Below are positions 43,612 through 54,608 of a stretch of DNA of 64,000 nucleotides, piece by piece. Numbering within the stretch: the first letter of the stretch is position 1; the number at the start of each line of letters is the position of its first letter. Source of the DNA: Epithemia pelagica (taxonomy: Eukaryota > Protista > Bacillariophyta); the NCBI GenBank assembly GCA_946965045.2, contig OX337232.1, positions 2,728,001 through 2,792,000 of the forward strand, written 5' to 3'. Both the position numbers and the translations under genes were made by a program. The notes beneath the pieces are model-generated. The model saw only the letters and a list, made by a program, of their open reading frames with translations, had not been told where the DNA came from and searched no databases.

Positions 43612-45441
43612 ATGAGTATTGATGAGTTGGTTGGCGCCATTACGGCAGGAGATTTGGACCAAACAGACCAATTGGTGCGCTTACTGGGTCCAAAGTGTCT
43701 GGATAGCGCGGATTCCCATGGTATGACACCATTATCCAGAGCTAGTCAGATGGGAAATCTCAGAATAGTCAAGTATCTCCTCCAAAAAGGAGCGCAAGCG
43801 GATGGATCACCTAGTAGCGGTGGACCAAGTGTTGGTGTGACCAGTGGTGGAAGCTCTTCACACAGCAGTGGAAACTTTCGTTCACCTCTCGTGGCGGCCA
43901 CTGCAGCTGGTCATGTTGGCGTGGTCGAACAGTTACTTCAATGTGGAGCGCACGTGGATTCCACACACATGTACCAAATGACTTGCCTACACATTGCTTG
44001 CAATAAGGGATATCACAAAGTCGTTGCTGCCCTACTGGATCATGGAGCCAGCATCAATGCCCAAGACAAAAGAGGCTGGACCCCTCTGTATCATGCTGCA
44101 CAAAGAGGGCATTTACCATGTGTTCAGCTGTTACTATCAACGGATGCTGGATCCCATCATATCAGAGCAGGTACCCACACCTCAAGTAGCACTCGATCGG
44201 CTTCCTCCTCTCCTGAAAAGGATCGGAAGAAGTCATCATCATCTTCTTCACCACCCTCACATAGGTCCATGTTGCAAGTTGGGACGCCAGTCTGGGTCAG
44301 GCGAAAAGGGCAGCAAAACTCGCACCTTTTTGAAGGGGAAGTGGCGTATTTGGGACCTGTACAGTTTGCCGATTGTCAGGATTGGGTGGGTGTTCGACTT
44401 ACGGGTTCATCACAAGACAAGGGCAAAAACAATGGGAAGGTCCAAGGAATCACCTACTTTTACACTGAAACACCACACTCGGGTCTTTTTGTTCGACGAT
44501 CGGCTGTTACGTTGCGACGAAGCCGTCAGTTGTCAGATCAAAGTACGTTCCAGTGTGCATGTCAAGTCAATACACCCTCATTTCATAGATTGTGGACTCC
44601 GCTCCATGAAGCCTGTGAACGAGGTCGGTTAGCCGTTGTAAAGTATCTCATTGACCATGGAAAGGCCAACATTCATGCCCGTGATCAAAAAGGAATGACT
44701 CCCTTCTTTGGAGCGTGCTGTGAAGGGCACCTCGAGGTGGTCAAATATTTGGCGCGACAGTTCAATGATGATGTTGACAGTGTCACGAACAATGCACAAG
44801 AGACTCCTCTCTGGGTCGCTTGCATGGCTGGCAATCTGTCAGTAGTGGACTTTCTCTTGGAGAAAGGTGCCAATCTCAATGCCCGTAATGCCAAGGGCAT
44901 TAGTCCCTTGTACATGGCCTGTGCCCAAGAGCGTTTGGAAATGGTCGTCTCCTTGGGACAACGAGGTGCGGACTTGAACGCACCTAACCTGGACGGAATG
45001 ACGCCCTTGGGTTGGGCCTGTTTGAGTGGTCGCGTGAAACTGGCCAAGACATTGGTGCAAAAGGGAGCCAATGTGGAAGCTGGATACCACTACTCCAGTC
45101 CTCGGAGTGCCAACCACAAAGAGGACCTCAGCAGCTCCGCAACCTTGACGACAACACCACTCTGGATTGCTAGCAAACAGGGAAATGTGGAACTGGTCCG
45201 TCTCTTAACCTTTGCCGGGGCCAACCTGGGTGCGTTGGATCCTCGAACAGGGTTCATTCCATTGGCGGTTGCCGCCCATAACGGACATTATGAGGTTGTC
45301 CATTTCCTGGTTTTGTACGGCTCGCAACAACAACAATGGTATCTCCTTCCGAGCCCTCAGTGGAAGCAACTTTCTAGCCAAGAAGAAAAAGTCGACGGAG
45401 AAGGCGCAGAAGAGAGTCCTGTTGCCCGAATTCCTGCATAG
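43612..45441 (+). CDS. Ankyrin-repeat protein with an embedded CAP-Gly domain
   Basis: Many TPL...A...G ankyrin repeats, and GEVAYLGPVQF...WVGVRL...GKNNGKVQGITYF (CAP-Gly). Confidence 0.88.
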   Translation: MSIDELVGAITAGDLDQTDQLVRLLGPKCLDSADSHGMTPLSRASQMGNLRIVKYLLQKGAQADGSPSSGGPSVGVTSGGSSSHSSGNFRSPLVAATAAGHVGVVEQLLQCGAHVDSTHMYQMTCLHIACNKGYHKVVAALLDHGASINAQDKRGWTPLYHAAQRGHLPCVQLLLSTDAGSHHIRAGTHTSSSTRSASSSPEKDRKKSSSSSSPPSHRSMLQVGTPVWVRRKGQQNSHLFEGEVAYLGPVQFADCQDWVGVRLTGSSQDKGKNNGKVQGITYFYTETPHSGLFVRRSAVTLRRSRQLSDQSTFQCACQVNTPSFHRLWTPLHEACERGRLAVVKYLIDHGKANIHARDQKGMTPFFGACCEGHLEVVKYLARQFNDDVDSVTNNAQETPLWVACMAGNLSVVDFLLEKGANLNARNAKGISPLYMACAQERLEMVVSLGQRGADLNAPNLDGMTPLGWACLSGRVKLAKTLVQKGANVEAGYHYSSPRSANHKEDLSSSATLTTTPLWIASKQGNVELVRLLTFAGANLGALDPRTGFIPLAVAAHNGHYEVVHFLVLYGSQQQQWYLLPSPQWKQLSSQEEKVDGEGAEESPVARIPA

Positions 45442-45681
45442 GCGTCGAATGTATTCGCGATGCTAAGCGGTTTTTGAATCATGATGTATGCACATTTATT
45501 AATTGGACATACGTAGAATCTTGCATGCGCATGTACCAGCTGTGGTTTTGCGTCAGTAATAGAGCTACATAGTTTTATCTGCACAATGCCAAGCAAAATA
45601 CCATGTATTAATATGTTCATCTCCAAAGAGAAAGAACCAAACGAGGTGCTTTCCCTTTGCACCGGTCGTTCTGTGTCTTTT

Positions 45682-47487
45682 TTAATTGCTACCTAGCATT
45701 AGCAACCCCATTGCTACTTGCTGCTCTGTGTCATTTTTTGATCCTGATGGGGCAGGAGCCTTGGCTTTGACTGTTGTCCCCGAGAATTTAGTCTTTTTTG
45801 TCATTCCGCCTGGGTTCAGTAGCATATCCCGTTTTGCTTGTGACACAGAGGATGACGAGGAAGAAGAGGATGATGATGAAATTGAAGAGGTTCTTGCTGA
45901 AACTGTCCTTGGAAGAGACGTTGGGGGCACAGATTTGGGTGGTGCCCCTTTCCATGACTCTCCACCACTAATGCCCCTCGCAAGGTTGAAACTTGGTTGA
46001 GGGGGTATTCCCGTCCTGGGGCTCACCAAATTATGTGCTGCAGCTGCTTCTCCTTGGTGGGGACCCATTGGCCATTGTTCTTTGGTGTAGTCTTGCCTTG
46101 GCTGGTGAGTCAATGGAGCATTGGCTTGAGCGCTTCTTATAGAGAGGTGGTGGCCGCTATGGTGCAAAACTTGTTGCTCTCGGTAGTGGGAAGCATAAAG
46201 TCCAGGCGGACTGCTAGGATTAGGGGATGCCATGGTTCGAGTATCCAACAAGGAACTTCTATCGGGGGAAAGAAGCACAGAGGCAGGTGATCCACTTCCC
46301 AATACAGATCTAGTGTATCCAGGGCCTCCCACCGCCATTGGATGTTGCACAGCCATGGATTCTTCTGGAGCACTCTGTAAGTGGTAGGGCATTTGCTTCA
46401 CCATTGCTCCTCCTTCTGACCGGTCATGGTGGAATGGTATCCGAGGTGGCGTAACTGGCACAGCCGACACCGGAACTCCTCCATGCACGAACAGTCGTCC
46501 GGCGTTGCTTCCTGGTGGTGATGCCATGGCACGAGGATGATGAGACTGCTGCAAATGATACTGAGCAACATGAGAGTGCTGAGGCTGAGTGTACATTGGC
46601 TGATCTTGTTGGACACGAACCAATTCTCCCGATGGTTCCCGAATGTAAACCACTTCTTGCCTCCTAGGAAGCCCCGGATTGTTCGCGAGAGCCAAGCGTT
46701 CGTCTCTCAAGGGAGTACCAGGAGAAATGGCTTGTTCGTGTTGAATAGGAGGAGGAGAAGTTCTGGAAGAACTGGCAGACACCATGGGAGGCATGGTAGA
46801 TTCTTGTGGAACAGGTGCTCTAGTGGGGGGAGCGAGTTTCTTGAGGCTGCCACTGGCTGCACTTTGAGCAGATGGTTCAATTGGTTTCACCCATGGCATG
46901 GACCAGAAGTCCGGTTCTTGTGAGACCTTCTTCCGTCCACGAGCTCCTCGGGTGGCAGAAACGCGAGTCATTTGAGCGGCCAAAAAGGGCCGACCTCGCA
47001 AAAACTTTTCATGATAATATGCACCCTTATCTGGACCTTGTGTAATCCGCTTGAACCCATAGACGTAGAGTTGACGGTGAAAGGTGGCCCACTTGGAGAT
47101 CTTGAGGTATTTGAGGAGGACTTGTAAGATAAGTCTGTGATCGCGCACAAGGAAACATCTTCCATGCGGTTGCCATCCAACCACTTGATCTAATCCATCT
47201 TCTTCGATTGCTTCCAGCATACAAAGAAGCTTGGACGCAAAAACAACATCTCTGTCTGCTTTCGGAATGCTAGCGTAGCCGGCCGGGGCCATACTCATCG
47301 CGTAATCATGATAGTCGGATGATGAGGAATTGTCGTTGCTCTCACTCTCGGAGGAAGCACCGTCCGATGCGGCAGACGCCTCGCAGCTGTTACTGGTGGG
47401 TTCCACAGCGTCACCATCGGTGCCATGGCCTTGACAACTGGGACCTGACTGGTCTGTTGCTTCGATTTTGGCTTCCATGATCGCCAT
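45682..47487 (-). CDS. Heat-shock factor (HSF-type DNA-binding domain) transcription factor
   Basis: FASKLLCML...VGWQPHGRCFLV...TFHRQLYVYGFKRITQGPDKGAYYHEKFLRG, followed by a long disordered tail. Confidence 0.9.
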   Translation of the reverse strand: MAIMEAKIEATDQSGPSCQGHGTDGDAVEPTSNSCEASAASDGASSESESNDNSSSSDYHDYAMSMAPAGYASIPKADRDVVFASKLLCMLEAIEEDGLDQVVGWQPHGRCFLVRDHRLILQVLLKYLKISKWATFHRQLYVYGFKRITQGPDKGAYYHEKFLRGRPFLAAQMTRVSATRGARGRKKVSQEPDFWSMPWVKPIEPSAQSAASGSLKKLAPPTRAPVPQESTMPPMVSASSSRTSPPPIQHEQAISPGTPLRDERLALANNPGLPRRQEVVYIREPSGELVRVQQDQPMYTQPQHSHVAQYHLQQSHHPRAMASPPGSNAGRLFVHGGVPVSAVPVTPPRIPFHHDRSEGGAMVKQMPYHLQSAPEESMAVQHPMAVGGPGYTRSVLGSGSPASVLLSPDRSSLLDTRTMASPNPSSPPGLYASHYREQQVLHHSGHHLSIRSAQANAPLTHQPRQDYTKEQWPMGPHQGEAAAAHNLVSPRTGIPPQPSFNLARGISGGESWKGAPPKSVPPTSLPRTVSARTSSISSSSSSSSSSSVSQAKRDMLLNPGGMTKKTKFSGTTVKAKAPAPSGSKNDTEQQVAMGLLMLGSN

Positions 47488-48260
47488 TTTCGGATCAATC
47501 ACTGCTTTCCTTGGAACACGAATATGAAAGCAACAAACAACTCTTCGTGTTAGAATGGGCGTAAAAAAGTCGCACCGAGATTTTCGGGCTTGTTTGATGT
47601 GGAGTACTCTTCACCTAATATCAAAAAGAGTAAGGGGCAGCTCAAAAGTGACATTTGATATGTAGTGTACAGCAATAATCTGAAGGACCCTCATCTCTTT
47701 CCCTACGCATTATCGTCAGAGGGTAGTTAAGCAATGATGGAATTAAAAGTCTGATAGGAGTGTATACGTGTGTACCCATTGTACTATGTTTGACCAAAAA
47801 TCAGACACGCTCCGGAACGATTCTGATCGGGAATGTGTAGGTCATTTCACTTCTCTGCGATGCCAACTTTCCATCAACGACCAAAGCGGACGGTGGACTG
47901 AGTTTTAGTTCGTGAACAACCAATACACAATATTATTTCTAATATCAACCACTTTCGAAATGGAGATGAGAGAGAAATGGGAGGATATGAATACCTCTGG
48001 TAAGCTCTCTAGCTAGAGGTAGAGAGAAACCTTTGTGTCTTAGAAAGTCGGTCTTGTAAATATGGATATTATATGCCCCAAGCTACTATAAAATATCGAC
48101 TTTTCGTCCTTATTACAAGCAAGATTGGGAGAGTGTCAGTTTGGAGTCCTTGTGAGAGTGAGTTTCAAGTTTCAGTGTGCCTCTAGCTAGGGTTGACGGT
48201 TGACGTAGAAAGCAGGAGTAGAAAGCCAGTATTGGTACGAGTATAATAGTGAGGATCTCG

Positions 48261-48373
48261 CAAAATAGCGTGGTGTGGATGATACAAAAACATAAAGAGT
48301 GACTACTAGGCACCTCCAACTTAGAGGAGCTATCTATCGCTAAACCTTCGCTCATAAACGCGACCCTTTCTCG
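48261..48373 (-). repeat. 3' LTR (113 bp)
   Basis: Identical to 54413-54525. Preceded on the minus strand by the purine tract GAGGGGA. Confidence 0.92.
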
Positions 48374-48523
48374 GTCCCCTCGTGATTCGATAGTCCCTAA
48401 CTATCGTAATCGTGCACTTTCTTCTTCTCCTTCCATCCATTCCAACTGGACCTGCTTAAAGATCAGTTCATCATCTGACTGCAGGACGTACCCAAACCTG
48501 TTTTCCAACAGTGGGAAACGCAC

Positions 48524-51500
48524 TTAGTACAAAATCATCTCCGCTAGCCGCTTCCTTTCTGTGCCGGTCTGAACTTTAGTCAAGAGATCGGCAAGATTTG
48601 ACTTTGATGGCTCATATGCAATTCGACATACTCCGTTTGCGACATTTTCTCTTACGAAATGATAGGCGATTGCATTCGATTTCTTGCGGAGAATGGATTC
48701 TGGTCTGGTACTGTTCTGTACCACCGACATATTATCAACTCTGATGTGTGCATGACCGTCCAGAGGCACACCCAACATCCTCAATTTGTATCTCAAACCC
48801 TTGGTCATCTCGATACCCACTTTCAGGGCCATGAACTCAGAACCAAACGTCGAAGAAACGACACTTGTCTGCTTCTTTGAATACCAATTTACTGGCGAAC
48901 GATTTAAGAAGACCAAGACTCCCGTCCTAGAACGACGAGTCACCAAATCACCCGCGTGATCAGAATCAACAAAGACAGTGATTTGCACCGGCTTACCCAA
49001 TGGTTCAGGTGCATCGGGTGGAATTTCTTCCTTTGCATCGGGATAGAACCCGGACCAATCTGCCAACGGCTCCTCCCCATGGACAATATATGATGGATCC
49101 AACACCAATCTTGACCTGTCATATTGATTGATGTAAGCGAAAACATGAAGGAGAGCATGTACATGTCCTTCTCTTGGACCAGCCAAATAAGCAGCCAACA
49201 TTGAGACCTCTGTTGTTATATCGATCCTTCCGAGTTCTACTAGCCATCGGAGAACTCCAATCTGTTGTTGAAAGAAAGATTGCCATTCTTGGTCACAGTA
49301 GGACGACGTGTCCAATTCAGGTCTGTATCCAGATGGGAGTACACCTGCTACTCTTGTCTTGAGCATCATGTCTCTTTCCTCCAGCCAAATCTTTACCAAA
49401 TCTTTACATTACGGATGGCTTCACTGGCATATTTCTTTGAGCTCAATGCCCAACACCGTTTAGATACGTCGTTGTCGATGTCAAAAGTCTGAACTTCGTT
49501 TCCAAGGTAAATCTTGGGTGGACCTATTGAGTCCGGTTTCAATAGATAATGCTGGTCAAGCATGTTGAGGATTTCACGTCCCCTGTGCGAGATTACGAGT
49601 ACGTCGTCGATATAAATGAAGACGAGTTCATAATATAAAGAACCATCTTGTTTCTTTGCTGGTCGCAAATACACGTCAGGGTCAGCCTTGCAGGGCTTGA
49701 ATCCCAACGACTCTTGTAGAGTTGTGGACAGGTGCTCTCTCCAGGCGAATGCACTGGTTTTGAGGCCATAGAGTGCTTTTGTTATTACTGCATAACGTCC
49801 TTCGTACTCTTTTCCAAATTCGAGACCGCAGAGTGTACAAATCTTTTCGTGACATGGGGCATTGAGATAAGCCCCGGCTATATCTGCGGCCGTCACGTCC
49901 ACTCCATTCAATGCTGCCAACATGAACCCAATTCTCACACTTTCCCTGGAAACAACGCTCGCATAGGTCGGTGTTTCGGGCTCTCCTGTCTTGTGGCCAC
50001 CTGCAACATACCTCGCCTTTCGCGTAAAGTCCATCTTGACGTCAAATACGATATGGCAGGGGATTACTTTGTGACCAATGGGCTGCGGCATTCCCTCATC
50101 CAGTATCTTTACTGCTGGGAATATCTTTGACATTTCTAGTTGCAATGCCTTGGCCCAGAAATCAGTACCGGTCTCTCCGTCAATCTCCAACGCCCTTTCT
50201 ACCGTTTTGGGCAGTTCGATACCGTATTTTTGTGATTTGCGGAAACATCGAGTCGACTTGGCCGCCTTGATCAGCCGATCCCGTCGCTTCAGAGCAAAAG
50301 CAACCCACCATGCAAATGCTGGCTCCTTGTCTATAAGATTGGCTACAGCATATTCCGCGACTTCCAAGGGATTGGATTCCTTGAGATCTTGCAACTTCTC
50401 CCAAGACGTTGACCCGTCTTTCCATTCGACACACAATGACCAACCTCTGGTAGTTCTTTTCTTATGCTCTCTCCCGTTCCAATGGAAGGTATCATCTGAG
50501 ATAGAGATGGCCGATGCATCTTTCTTGTGATCAACGATACTGCTCAGGAGCCGATACTTATTGTCCTCTTCGTCAAGTTGTTCGTAGATGTTTTCCGCGA
50601 TAAGGTTTGCCGCGTAAGACTCCACGTGACCATCTTGAAATTCGACCTCGTACATGGTCGTGTCTAGAATAGGTTCCAATGAGGTTGCCGTCTGCATTTC
50701 TTTTCCTTCGCTTGACTTGCCCCTGACGCAATGATCCTCCCAAAGGTAGCATGACTTTTGCTGCAATGAGCTTGTCATAGGAATCTGTCTTGTATTGGTC
50801 TAGGTCAGGCTTCCGAACATCTTCCTGTTCATCATCCTCATATGCGTCGTAAAACGGAGTGTCCGTGCCATCTTCATCGGGTTCTCCTTGTTCTATCGGC
50901 ATTCCTTCAAACCTTGCACCCAATACGGCTTTTAAATTAGCATCAAATTGTTCCCGCTGTGCTGTGAAGGTTTCATCGTGTGATTTCTCCGAAGACAGGG
51001 GCCAAACCGACGTCCTGTATATAATCTTCCCTTTGTCAGTTAGGACTTTCGAGCTCATGGCTTGACCGACGCTTCGACTAGGTCCGAGCCATCGTCCCAA
51101 CTTTCGACCTTCAAACCCAGGATTGGAGTACCAAACCGGGTCGTACCACCGATGTTCCACTAAGTGGGAAATATCAGGTGTGTCCCCTGTCAATGTAGTT
51201 AGGGGTGGACCGGTATTGAATGGACTAGTCGACAAGACTGTGTGAGATCTCCTTGCTGCCATTAGTTCAAGGCAGTGATCCCAGAGGACTGAGGGACAAT
51301 TAGTCCTTCTCATTTCACGGCAATACATCCTTTTTAGTTCCCGAATATTGGCTTAAGCCAGATTCTGGTTAGGAGTGTATGCCTCAATTGGTTTGATCCG
51401 GCAGCTGAACTTGTGCGCCGCTTTCCTGAAGTTACCGCTTGTTAACTCAGGTGTATTGTCAGGTATGACACTATTAAAGATGCCATAGTCACTGAATACT

Positions 51501-52501
51501 CTTTCAAGTGTCTTATGTGCATCCTTCTTTCGTTGCATGGGATAGAACTCTACCCATCCAAAATCTGTCGCGTACACTTGTCCGCATGTATTCTGACCAA
51601 GTGACTTGAGGTCTGAGAAGAGGGTATCTGTGTAGACGTCCGCTCTTAACCGTCTATGCTTTAACTGATACGCTGTATGGCGTCATCTCTTGCTTCTAAT
51701 GGAGTCAGTAAAGTCTCGTACTCCCAATTGCGTTGTGGCCGAACAAGTCTTCTCAGCCAATCGGATACCTATTCCCCATCTTCTTGATAGAGTCACAGGG
51801 TCCACAGTCCCCTTTCGACGATGCCTCAAATCAGCAATCGTCCTTGTGTTTACCCGAACCATTCGGGCCATCCTTTGATGCAAGTCTCTTGATTTTTTCT
51901 TTTGAACTGTATCTGTTTCTAAATCGACACGGAGTTTCCTTTTGTCGGCATCTGCCAAGTCATTCGGATCCCACTCCGGTGTGTCGTTAGTCATATGGAT
52001 CCTGTTGCTCGGATCTATATTCTTGATTTCATCCCAAGTTGGTTTCCTTACTGTGAAGGAGCTCATTACACCAACCAAGTCGAATGGGATGACAAGATGG
52101 TCACTTTCATCTGAGAAAGGAGCTATGACGATCGAATGCGAGTGACTGTTCCTCTCCTCACTCTTGAGATATTCTAGAGGAACGTCATTCACTTTGACTC
52201 CTGCTTCTCTCATCTGGTTGGGGTTTAACAAGCATTTATTCATCATCGGCAAATGGAGGGCCTGATGAAAATATAAGAGGTATGTTTCATTTGATTTGGG
52301 GTCGTCATAGGCGACTACTCCAGTGATGATTGGAGTTTCTTTGATGCTTCCAAGTGAATTCGTAAAGCCACTAACTTCTGCTTTGCCTGTCGTATATAGG
52401 ACCAGACAGACATCTCCAAGGCAGCAAGTGTCCGCGTGACTATCCAATTCACACGTTGCTGTCATAGCAGTTATTTCACTTGCTACCGTGCTGACTCTAT
52501 G
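48524..52501 (-). pseudogene. pol: Copia pol (PR-IN-RT-RH), disrupted
   Basis: PR: CELDSHADTC. IN: YTDTLF, IPDN, NQNLA*ANIRE. RT: KARYVAGGH, ADIAGAYLNA, KALYGLK, IYIDD. RH: FVDSDHAGD, SNLADLLTK. In-frame stops at 51683 and 51353, a frameshift near 50675, and an 11-bp tandem duplication at 49385-49406. Confidence 0.92.
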
Positions 52502-53986
52502 TCAGACTCGGTCATTTCGCTTCTTCCTTTGGCTCATGATAGCACCAATGCCAGCTTCTCTATCTTCCGAGGAGTCATCTCCGTTACTTGTCGAATCTTC
52601 TGTCGTGTCTGTCGCCGACGATGAGCTGTCATTATTCTTCCTTTTCTTCTTGTTTGAGTTTACTCCTGATGCAGTACGTTTCTTAGTACTGCTATTTTGC
52701 TTGTCTCGCGAGTCTCGAACCAATTGTTGTTGCTCAGGTGTGAGCTTTACCCATAACTTGTAAGGATAGTACTTGTTAGGGTTGTTTGGATCGAATTTGG
52801 TCGGGGTATTCTTATTGTTCCCTTTGTTGTTTTTCTTGTTGCCGCTTGATTGGATAGCGGAAATCCTGGCCCTTCTCGTAGTAGCGCTGTAGGAAACCTT
52901 GTTGTCTAGTACTTCTGCAAGATAACCTGATGCCACCTCAAACGAGATTCGGAGATTTGGGGATGCTAGGATCTGATTCTTGGCACTCTCAAGTCGCGTA
53001 TCATGAATACCCGTGAGAAGAATACGGATCTTCCTTTCTTCACTCACGAATTCTCCTGTGGATTCGAGATCAGAAAAGGCCTTCTGCAAGGACTCAATAT
53101 ATTTCTCGTAGGTAAAGTTACGTTTTGAGCCGTCGTAATAGTTTGTCTCCAACGTTTGGTCTGCCTTCGCTCGCAAACGAGTCTGATAGGCATCTCCGAA
53201 GTAGTGATTTCTGAGGGCTCTGTAGGCTCCTCTGCCATCCCTGTTACGGCTGTACATCTGTACCCAGCCCCATCCAGGTCCATCATGGGTTACATGCCTG
53301 ACTGCGTCCCATACTGCTTCATTGTCGGTTAGGGCTGTTGGTCCTGTGTGCGGTGCTCGTCGCACAAGCTCTTGGATAATACTTGGCCGACCATAGCCCG
53401 GATCAAGATTCAGAGGTGGTACTGTGTTGAGTGGACGAGTGTAAGCGGCCAAGGGAATGCCAGTTACTCCTCTTTTTCTTTCGAAGTAATCGTCCAAATC
53501 TTCCAGTACGGTACGGATATTTTCAACTTCAGTCAGCTTCTCGGGCAGTTCAATGTCGTTGTTCTTGTACTCGTCTTCACTTTCCTTGAATCGATGTAGG
53601 TCTTGAAGATTTGGTAGCGATGAGGCAGGTGCAGCAGGGTCAAAAGGGCGTGAGACTTTCATCAAATGATGAATGTAGTATCTCATCATCTTTAATCTCT
53701 TCTCGATTACATGGCCCACTAACACTCCTGGATTCGTAATGGTAGGGGCTATGCCGACAACCGGGTTCAACGGGTTAAAGGCTGGATTTGGAACGGTTCC
53801 TCCTGGCTTCCTTGCATTATTGCAAATTTCGGCGACGTCTTCTTCCGTCAAGCCGAGGAAGTCACTCGCTGACAGTAAGCCCTGAGCATGCAGAGCATCT
53901 CGAACTGTTTGCTGTTGAATCTGTAACGTATTCAACCAGTAGTCATCTAGCTCTTGGAGCAGAGCTGCGGCATTGGGTGCTGCCAT
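52502..53986 (-). CDS. gag: Copia Gag
   Basis: 494-aa ORF directly upstream of and in frame with the protease. RDGRGAYRALRNHYFG and KIRILLTGI are typical of diatom copia gag. Confidence 0.85.
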   Translation of the reverse strand: MAAPNAAALLQELDDYWLNTLQIQQQTVRDALHAQGLLSASDFLGLTEEDVAEICNNARKPGGTVPNPAFNPLNPVVGIAPTITNPGVLVGHVIEKRLKMMRYYIHHLMKVSRPFDPAAPASSLPNLQDLHRFKESEDEYKNNDIELPEKLTEVENIRTVLEDLDDYFERKRGVTGIPLAAYTRPLNTVPPLNLDPGYGRPSIIQELVRRAPHTGPTALTDNEAVWDAVRHVTHDGPGWGWVQMYSRNRDGRGAYRALRNHYFGDAYQTRLRAKADQTLETNYYDGSKRNFTYEKYIESLQKAFSDLESTGEFVSEERKIRILLTGIHDTRLESAKNQILASPNLRISFEVASGYLAEVLDNKVSYSATTRRARISAIQSSGNKKNNKGNNKNTPTKFDPNNPNKYYPYKLWVKLTPEQQQLVRDSRDKQNSSTKKRTASGVNSNKKKRKNNDSSSSATDTTEDSTSNGDDSSEDREAGIGAIMSQRKKRNDRV

Positions 53987-54397
53987 GGTTCAAATAGATC
54001 TTTCTTGATGGACGCTCTCAGACTTTCCAGTATTCGGAACTGTGTGCGTCGTGCGCACCTTACCTTCATAGATACATGAGCGATCACCAAGGTAGAGAGC
54101 GTGCACAGCTGCATTATTGTCCCGCGCCACATAAGTGGATAAAACGCATGGTCGCATGGCAGGCTTTTTCTTTTCAACGGCAAAGAACAGGCACGTCCGC
54201 CATTGCCCAGGGTGTGCGCAGTAGCAGACCACACCCCTCACTAGTCCGGTCTGGCTCCGCTGCAAGTCAGATATTCAACGAGACTAGATCCTTGGGCGGA
54301 TCATATGGACCTACTTAGTCCGATCCGGATATTTCTTGACCTTCCCAGGCCATTGTGCCCTTAGCTCCTTTTCTTCTTCCTCTTCAGCTCAGAGTCA

Positions 54398-54413
54398 TTG
54401 GGTCTGATAAACC
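54398..54413 (-). other. Putative primer-binding site resembling the complement of a tRNA anticodon arm
   Basis: Minus strand GGTTTATCAGACCCAA abuts the 5' LTR. It resembles half-tRNA primer sites such as GGTTATGGGCCCAG rather than TGGTATCAGAGC. Confidence 0.4.
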
Positions 54414-54525
54414 AAAATAGCGTGGTGTGGATGATACAAAAACATAAAGAGTGACTACTAGGCACCTCCAACTTAGAGGAGCTATCTATCGCTAAACCTT
54501 CGCTCATAAACGCGACCCTTTCTCG
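54413..54525 (-). repeat. 5' LTR (113 bp)
   Basis: Identical to 48261-48373. Confidence 0.92.
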
Positions 54526-54608
54526 CTCGAGCATCCAACTGTAGGATTTGTATGCTTTTGTCTTGCGTTATCGTCTCAAAGTGAATAAATTGAAGTAGCT
54601 AGTGACTG

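Larger units (their letters stand above)
48261..54525 (-). mobile_element. Ty1/copia (diatom CoDi-like) LTR retrotransposon, full length, coding region decayed
   Basis: Two identical 113-bp LTRs with gag-PR-IN-RT-RH order. CTCG lies on both outer sides (48257-48260, 54526-54529). Confidence 0.93.

Noticed and set aside
8002-52504. Stop-codon reassignment suggested by several single in-frame stops
   Set aside because: All three stop types are involved, they occur in transposons and one pseudogene, and host genes terminate normally at TAA, TAG and TGA.
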